Source of the DNA: Candidatus Hodarchaeota archaeon
GTDB taxonomy: Archaea; Asgardarchaeota; Heimdallarchaeia; Hodarchaeales; Hodarchaeaceae
Direction of reading: 5' to 3'
Assembly (NCBI GenBank): GCA_029856365.1
Contig: JAHQWW010000039.1
Coordinates: forward strand, 1-27,654
DNA length: 27,654 nucleotides
Positions 27,145-27,654 of this stretch are shown here, piece by piece (positions within the stretch are counted from its first letter, which is position 1; each line of letters starts with the position of its first letter). The notes under the pieces are model-generated. The model was not told where the DNA came from and searched no databases. It saw only the letters and a list, made by a program, of their open reading frames with translations. Made by a program: the position numbers and the translations under genes.

Positions 27145-27654
27145 ATGAACTTGGGTGTTTTAAGCAAGAATCGCGAGTTTTTTCCGACAATTCAGCTATT
27201 AGATGAAATAGAACAACGAAACAGCACTCATGGTATCTTTATATCGACTCGTTTTGTGTCACCCCTGGTTAACAATTCACTTGTAGATGCATTATTTGCA
27301 AACCAATCATTAAAGGCCCTCGATGGTATTATCCCCAGAATAGGTCGGTCACAGACCGAGATTGGGTTACTATGCCTGCAACAATTCGAATTAATGGGAA
27401 TTCCTACCACGATCTCTTCACACGCTTTGTACTTAGCACGTGATAAGTTTCGATGTTATCAAGCACTTTGTAGACTCCCAGGAATACAACTACCAAAGAC
27501 TATACTAATTAGTAATTCTTTTATGTTTGATAAATTAATGGCAAATTTTAAATTTCCAGTAGTAATTAAGATTCCAAACGCTACACAAGGAGTGGGAACA
27601 ATCCTCGCTCCTAGCAGACGATTAGCTCAAGAGATAAGTGAATCATTTAGATAT
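27145..27654 (+). CDS. RimK-family ATP-grasp alpha-L-glutamate ligase (truncated by the window end; not in the ORF track)
   Basis: My translation: MNLGVLSKN..DGIIPRIG..LQQFELMG..ARDKF..LPKT..FPVVIK..TQGVG, all RimK hallmarks. Confidence 0.88.
   Translation, partial: MNLGVLSKNREFFPTIQLLDEIEQRNSTHGIFISTRFVSPLVNNSLVDALFANQSLKALDGIIPRIGRSQTEIGLLCLQQFELMGIPTTISSHALYLARDKFRCYQALCRLPGIQLPKTILISNSFMFDKLMANFKFPVVIKIPNATQGVGTILAPSRRLAQEISESFRY

Noticed and set aside
27228-27410. 60-aa minus-strand ORF
   Set aside because: Antisense to the RimK-family gene.
1-27654. CRISPR arrays, transposases, integrases, rRNA
   Set aside because: No periodic repeats or recognisable motifs seen. The other short overlapping ORFs in the track are treated as shadow frames.

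Overview
Archaeal chromosomal window, almost certainly from an Asgard archaeon; Heimdallarchaeia/Hodarchaeales-like affinity is my inference from gene content. The left end carries metabolic and housekeeping genes: aldehyde:ferredoxin oxidoreductase, a YkgJ-type Cys-cluster protein, a HipA/PI3-PI4-kinase-like protein and MetRS. About 7.8-25.9 kb is a cluster of eukaryotic-signature genes: E2, RING-type E3, Arf-like GTPase plus KaiC-like ATPase, pro-ubiquitin, E1, zinc-ribbon Yip1, PAP2 phosphatase, a longin-like/Rab-like fusion, ESCRT-I (UEV-Vps23, Vps28), an uncharacterised 8-Cys Zn-finger/PH-like/helical protein, ESCRT-II (Vps22/36, Vps25), two ESCRT-III paralogues and Vps4. The right end has rps2, rpoN, an intron-containing tRNA-Gln(CUG) and a truncated RimK-family ligase. 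Ubiquitin-ESCRT clusters are already known in Asgard archaea. The most novel-looking parts are the FYVE-like/PH-like/Vps37-like candidate adaptor between the ESCRT-I and ESCRT-II genes, and the co-located Rab/Arf/Yip1/lipid-phosphatase module. All calls come from motif reading by eye; no searches were run.
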